From Polyangiales bacterium (GTDB lineage: Bacteria > Myxococcota_A > Polyangia > Polyangiales > Ga0077539), in NCBI GenBank assembly GCA_044229975.1, contig JBGARZ010000005.1, positions 256,001 through 320,000 on the forward strand: DNA of 64,000 bases, in the 5' to 3' direction. The position numbers and the translations under genes are program-made. The stretch's first letter is position 1; every line of letters begins with the position of its first letter. Positions 61,281-64,000 of this stretch are shown piece by piece. Under the pieces are notes generated by a model. It had not been told where the DNA came from and did not search any database. It was given only the letters and a program-made list of their open reading frames with translations.

Positions 61281-62885
61281 TCAGCGCACCCGCAGCACCC
61301 GCACCCGCAGCCCCGCCGTCGCCGCCATTCGCACCGTCGCGCCGACCTCCGCCGCCCCCGCGGTCGCGTCCACGGTCAGGTACTCCACGCCGCCCTCGAG
61401 CATCTGCCCGTCGGCCATGCCGATGGCCTGCGTCGCGGGGCCGCGCGCCATCATTCCCTCGAAGGTCGAGTACACGTCCGCTCCGCGCGGTCGCGACGTC
61501 ACGGGGTCCATCGTCACCGCGCCGTAGCGGAAGCACCCGTTGGTCGCCGCCGCGCCGCCGTTCTCCTCGCGGTTGCTCGCCGCCAGGGCCGTGTAGAAGT
61601 CCATCTCGACGTCCGCCATCGAAGCCGTCCCCACCGACGTCCGCAGCGTCGCCGACACCGAGTCCGGTGCGTCGAACAGCGTCCGCAGCAGCGCCGGACC
61701 GCCCCGCCCCACGATGCTCCCGTCGGCCTGCGCCTCGTCGCCGCCCGCGCGGTCGTAAAGCCAGCGCGCGAAGAGATACCCGCCGCCCCGCATCGCGCCA
61801 TCGCGGCTGAAACTGCCCGCGGTCCCGTCGACCAGCACATCGCCCAGCGAGAAGCGGTTCACCTGGTCGAGCGCCACCTTCGTCGCGCGCAGGCTGTCGA
61901 ACTGAAACCCGATGGTGTCCTGCGCGAGGCCGCCGAAGGCCTCCTGCATGTACACGCTGTCCTCCCACGCGGTCAGCCGGTTGCGCAGCACCTTGCGGCC
62001 GTAGTGCACGAGATGGCCCACCTCGTGGGCGACGATCTCGTTGACCGCCGCGGGCGTGTTGTAGGGCGCTTGAAGCAGGTTGAACGGCGTCAGGTACACC
62101 GCCTCGACACGGTTCGACCCGCCGCACCCGTCCTTGTTCACCAGGTCACACGGCCAGAAGAAGCCCTGCCCGATGTCGGCCGTCAACGGCGACAACACCA
62201 GCGCGATGCGCCCGTCACCGTCGACGTCGGACTCCATCCCGAACACCGCGCGCTCCCGCGGAACGATGGTCGCGTCGAAGACCCGCAGCAGCTCCGTCAC
62301 GAAGGCCATGTCCACCGTCGCGGGGTTGCCCGGCGTCACGTCGGCCCACACCACCGCCCGGTCGCTCACCGCCACCACGCGCGCCGTCATGGTGGCGATC
62401 ACCCGCTTGGTCGGGATGCGGAAGGTGCGCTCCGTCCCGACGGCAGGCGCGGTGCCCATGGGCGCGGCCTCGGTCGGCAACACCATCGGCCGCCAGCGCG
62501 TCGGGTCGAGCGAGCACCCCGTCGCCAGCGTCGGCATCGGCGCGAATCCGTCGACCCGCGCCACCGCGGTGTAGGGGTCGGACTCGCCCGTCATCGCAAG
62601 CTGCGTCGAGGCGGCGATGAGCACGAAGCGCTCGGCCCCCGTCGGCGTGGCGAGACGCACGGCCGCGACGCCACCACTGACCGGGACCTCGGCGACCTCC
62701 CCGGGCGCGAGCGCGAAGGCCACGCCCGGACCAGCATCGCCGGCATCGACCGCGGCGGCGTCGGCCCGCGCATCGGTGGACACCCGAGCATCGGCCGAGG
62801 CGTCGGCCATGGTGGGGTCGGGCCCGCCGCAGCCCGCGACGAAGAGCAGCGACAACGGCAGCACGAGCGAGAGGGAGAGCTTCAT
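61281..62885 (-). CDS. Zn-metallopeptidase lipoprotein (M30-like)
   Basis: Lipobox VAGC; DVDGDGRI, GFF, AHEVGHLVH, downstream E (QEAF). Confidence 0.75.
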   Translation of the reverse strand: MKLSLSLVLPLSLLFVAGCGGPDPTMADASADARVSTDARADAAAVDAGDAGPGVAFALAPGEVAEVPVSGGVAAVRLATPTGAERFVLIAASTQLAMTGESDPYTAVARVDGFAPMPTLATGCSLDPTRWRPMVLPTEAAPMGTAPAVGTERTFRIPTKRVIATMTARVVAVSDRAVVWADVTPGNPATVDMAFVTELLRVFDATIVPRERAVFGMESDVDGDGRIALVLSPLTADIGQGFFWPCDLVNKDGCGGSNRVEAVYLTPFNLLQAPYNTPAAVNEIVAHEVGHLVHYGRKVLRNRLTAWEDSVYMQEAFGGLAQDTIGFQFDSLRATKVALDQVNRFSLGDVLVDGTAGSFSRDGAMRGGGYLFARWLYDRAGGDEAQADGSIVGRGGPALLRTLFDAPDSVSATLRTSVGTASMADVEMDFYTALAASNREENGGAAATNGCFRYGAVTMDPVTSRPRGADVYSTFEGMMARGPATQAIGMADGQMLEGGVEYLTVDATAGAAEVGATVRMAATAGLRVRVLRVR

Positions 62886-63094
62886 GGGGCGCGACCGATC
62901 CATCGAACACGCCCACGGCGCGGAGATCAACGATGGATGCGTCGCAGCGCAGGAGGGCAGCGGACGGCGGCAGAGGTTGACGGCCCCGCGCAAGACCGGT
63001 ACCTACGCCCGCCGAACGCCCGATGAGGGGTGTTCTCGCCCGGCGACGGGCGATGGCCCCGCTTTCTGGGCGGGCACACGAAGAGAAGAGACAC

Positions 63095-63706
63095 ATGTCG
63101 AAGTACACCGGACCGCGTCTGAAGAAGATTCGTTCGCTCGGGGCTGAGCTCCCGGGCCTCACGCGCAAGAAGGCCGAGCGTCGGCCCCACCCGCCGGGCC
63201 AGCACGGCCAGGCGCGCAAGAAGTTCTCGGACTACGCCGTGCGTCTGCGCGAGAAGCAGAAGCTCCGCTACAACTACGGCCTCACCGAGAAGCAGCTCCG
63301 CCGCATCATCGTCGAAGCCAAGTCGGGCAAGGGCGTCACGGGCGACCGGATCCTCGAGCTGCTCGAGCGTCGCCTCGACAACGTCGTCTGGCGCGCGGGC
63401 TTCGCGGTCACCATCCCGGCGGCCCGTCAGCTCGTCAACCACGGCCACGTGCTCGTCAACGGCAAGCGCCTCGACATCGCCTCGGCCCGCGTCAATGTCG
63501 GCGACATCATCACCATCGCCGACCGCTACAAGGAAAACACCCACCTCAAGGACGCCGTCGCCGGCAGCGAGACCGCTCGCCCCGCCTGGATCGGCTGGGA
63601 GAGCGACACGCAGCGCGCCACCATCAGCGCCCTGCCCGAGCGCGACTCCGTGCTCCTCCAGGTCGATGTCCAGCTCATCATCGAGTACTACTCGCGCTCG
63701 CTCTGA
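63095..63706 (+). CDS. rpsD: 30S ribosomal protein S4
   Basis: YTGP, PPGQHG, LREKQK, LERRLDNVV, ARQLVNHGH, IIEYYSR. Confidence 0.96.
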   Translation: MSKYTGPRLKKIRSLGAELPGLTRKKAERRPHPPGQHGQARKKFSDYAVRLREKQKLRYNYGLTEKQLRRIIVEAKSGKGVTGDRILELLERRLDNVVWRAGFAVTIPAARQLVNHGHVLVNGKRLDIASARVNVGDIITIADRYKENTHLKDAVAGSETARPAWIGWESDTQRATISALPERDSVLLQVDVQLIIEYYSRSL

Positions 63707-63835
63707 GCGACCCGCCTGACGCCGCGCCCTGACCAGAGCGCGGCACCCTCTCCCCTCCCCACGACACCCCCCGTTGACAAGCGCCCCGCGCGCGGAGTCC
63801 CCTCACGGCTGTCTTCTGCCGCGAGAGGGTGCGCC

Positions 63836-64000
63836 ATGGTCGACCGTCGATGGAGCAAGCTCCACTTCGTTGTGTTCGCGAGCGTGCTCGCGGCGTGCAA
63901 TGGCACTTCGAGCGCCGCCGACTCCGGCCCCCCGCCCGAAGACGTCGCCCCGGTCGACGTCATCGTCGCGAGTGACGTCCCCGCGGCACCCGACGACCTC
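63836..64000 (+). CDS. lipoprotein, N-terminal part (runs off window end)
   Basis: MVDRRWSKLHFVVFASVLAAC, then DSG/EDV/DV linker. Confidence 0.7.
   Translation, partial: MVDRRWSKLHFVVFASVLAACNGTSSAADSGPPPEDVAPVDVIVASDVPAAPDDL

Overview
High-GC bacterial chromosomal DNA. Gene content (Ser/Thr kinase, PEGA/TPR, RCC1, vWA and many acidic-linker lipoproteins, sigma-54 regulator) points by inference to Myxococcota, probably Polyangiales-like. About 60 genes: housekeeping blocks (hemE-hemY, DEAD-box helicase, fni, gltA, ruvA, xerD-scpA-scpB, ribD-ribE-ribB(A)-ribH-nusB, stand-alone rpsD), a CzcA/CusA-type RND operon, an aromatic-CoA catabolic cluster and many orphan lipoproteins. No transposase, prophage or true CRISPR array was seen. 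Most unusual observations: (1) a tRNA-Ile with a UAU anticodon on a tRNA-Ile2-type body; (2) a 172-bp near-perfect palindrome lying in frame inside the 5' end of a tolC-family gene; (3) a phage-type GH24 lysozyme packed between tolC and a sigma-54 response regulator; (4) a 43-bp-period array of a quasi-palindromic motif directly upstream of an uncharacterised gene; (5) a wHTH / helical / PIN three-gene cassette; (6) RluA-methyltransferase and FAD-oxidoreductase-FolB fusions; (7) repeated TAnnnT boxes 6-10 nt before start codons, suggesting leaderless mRNAs. All calls come from reading motifs by eye; no database search was run.
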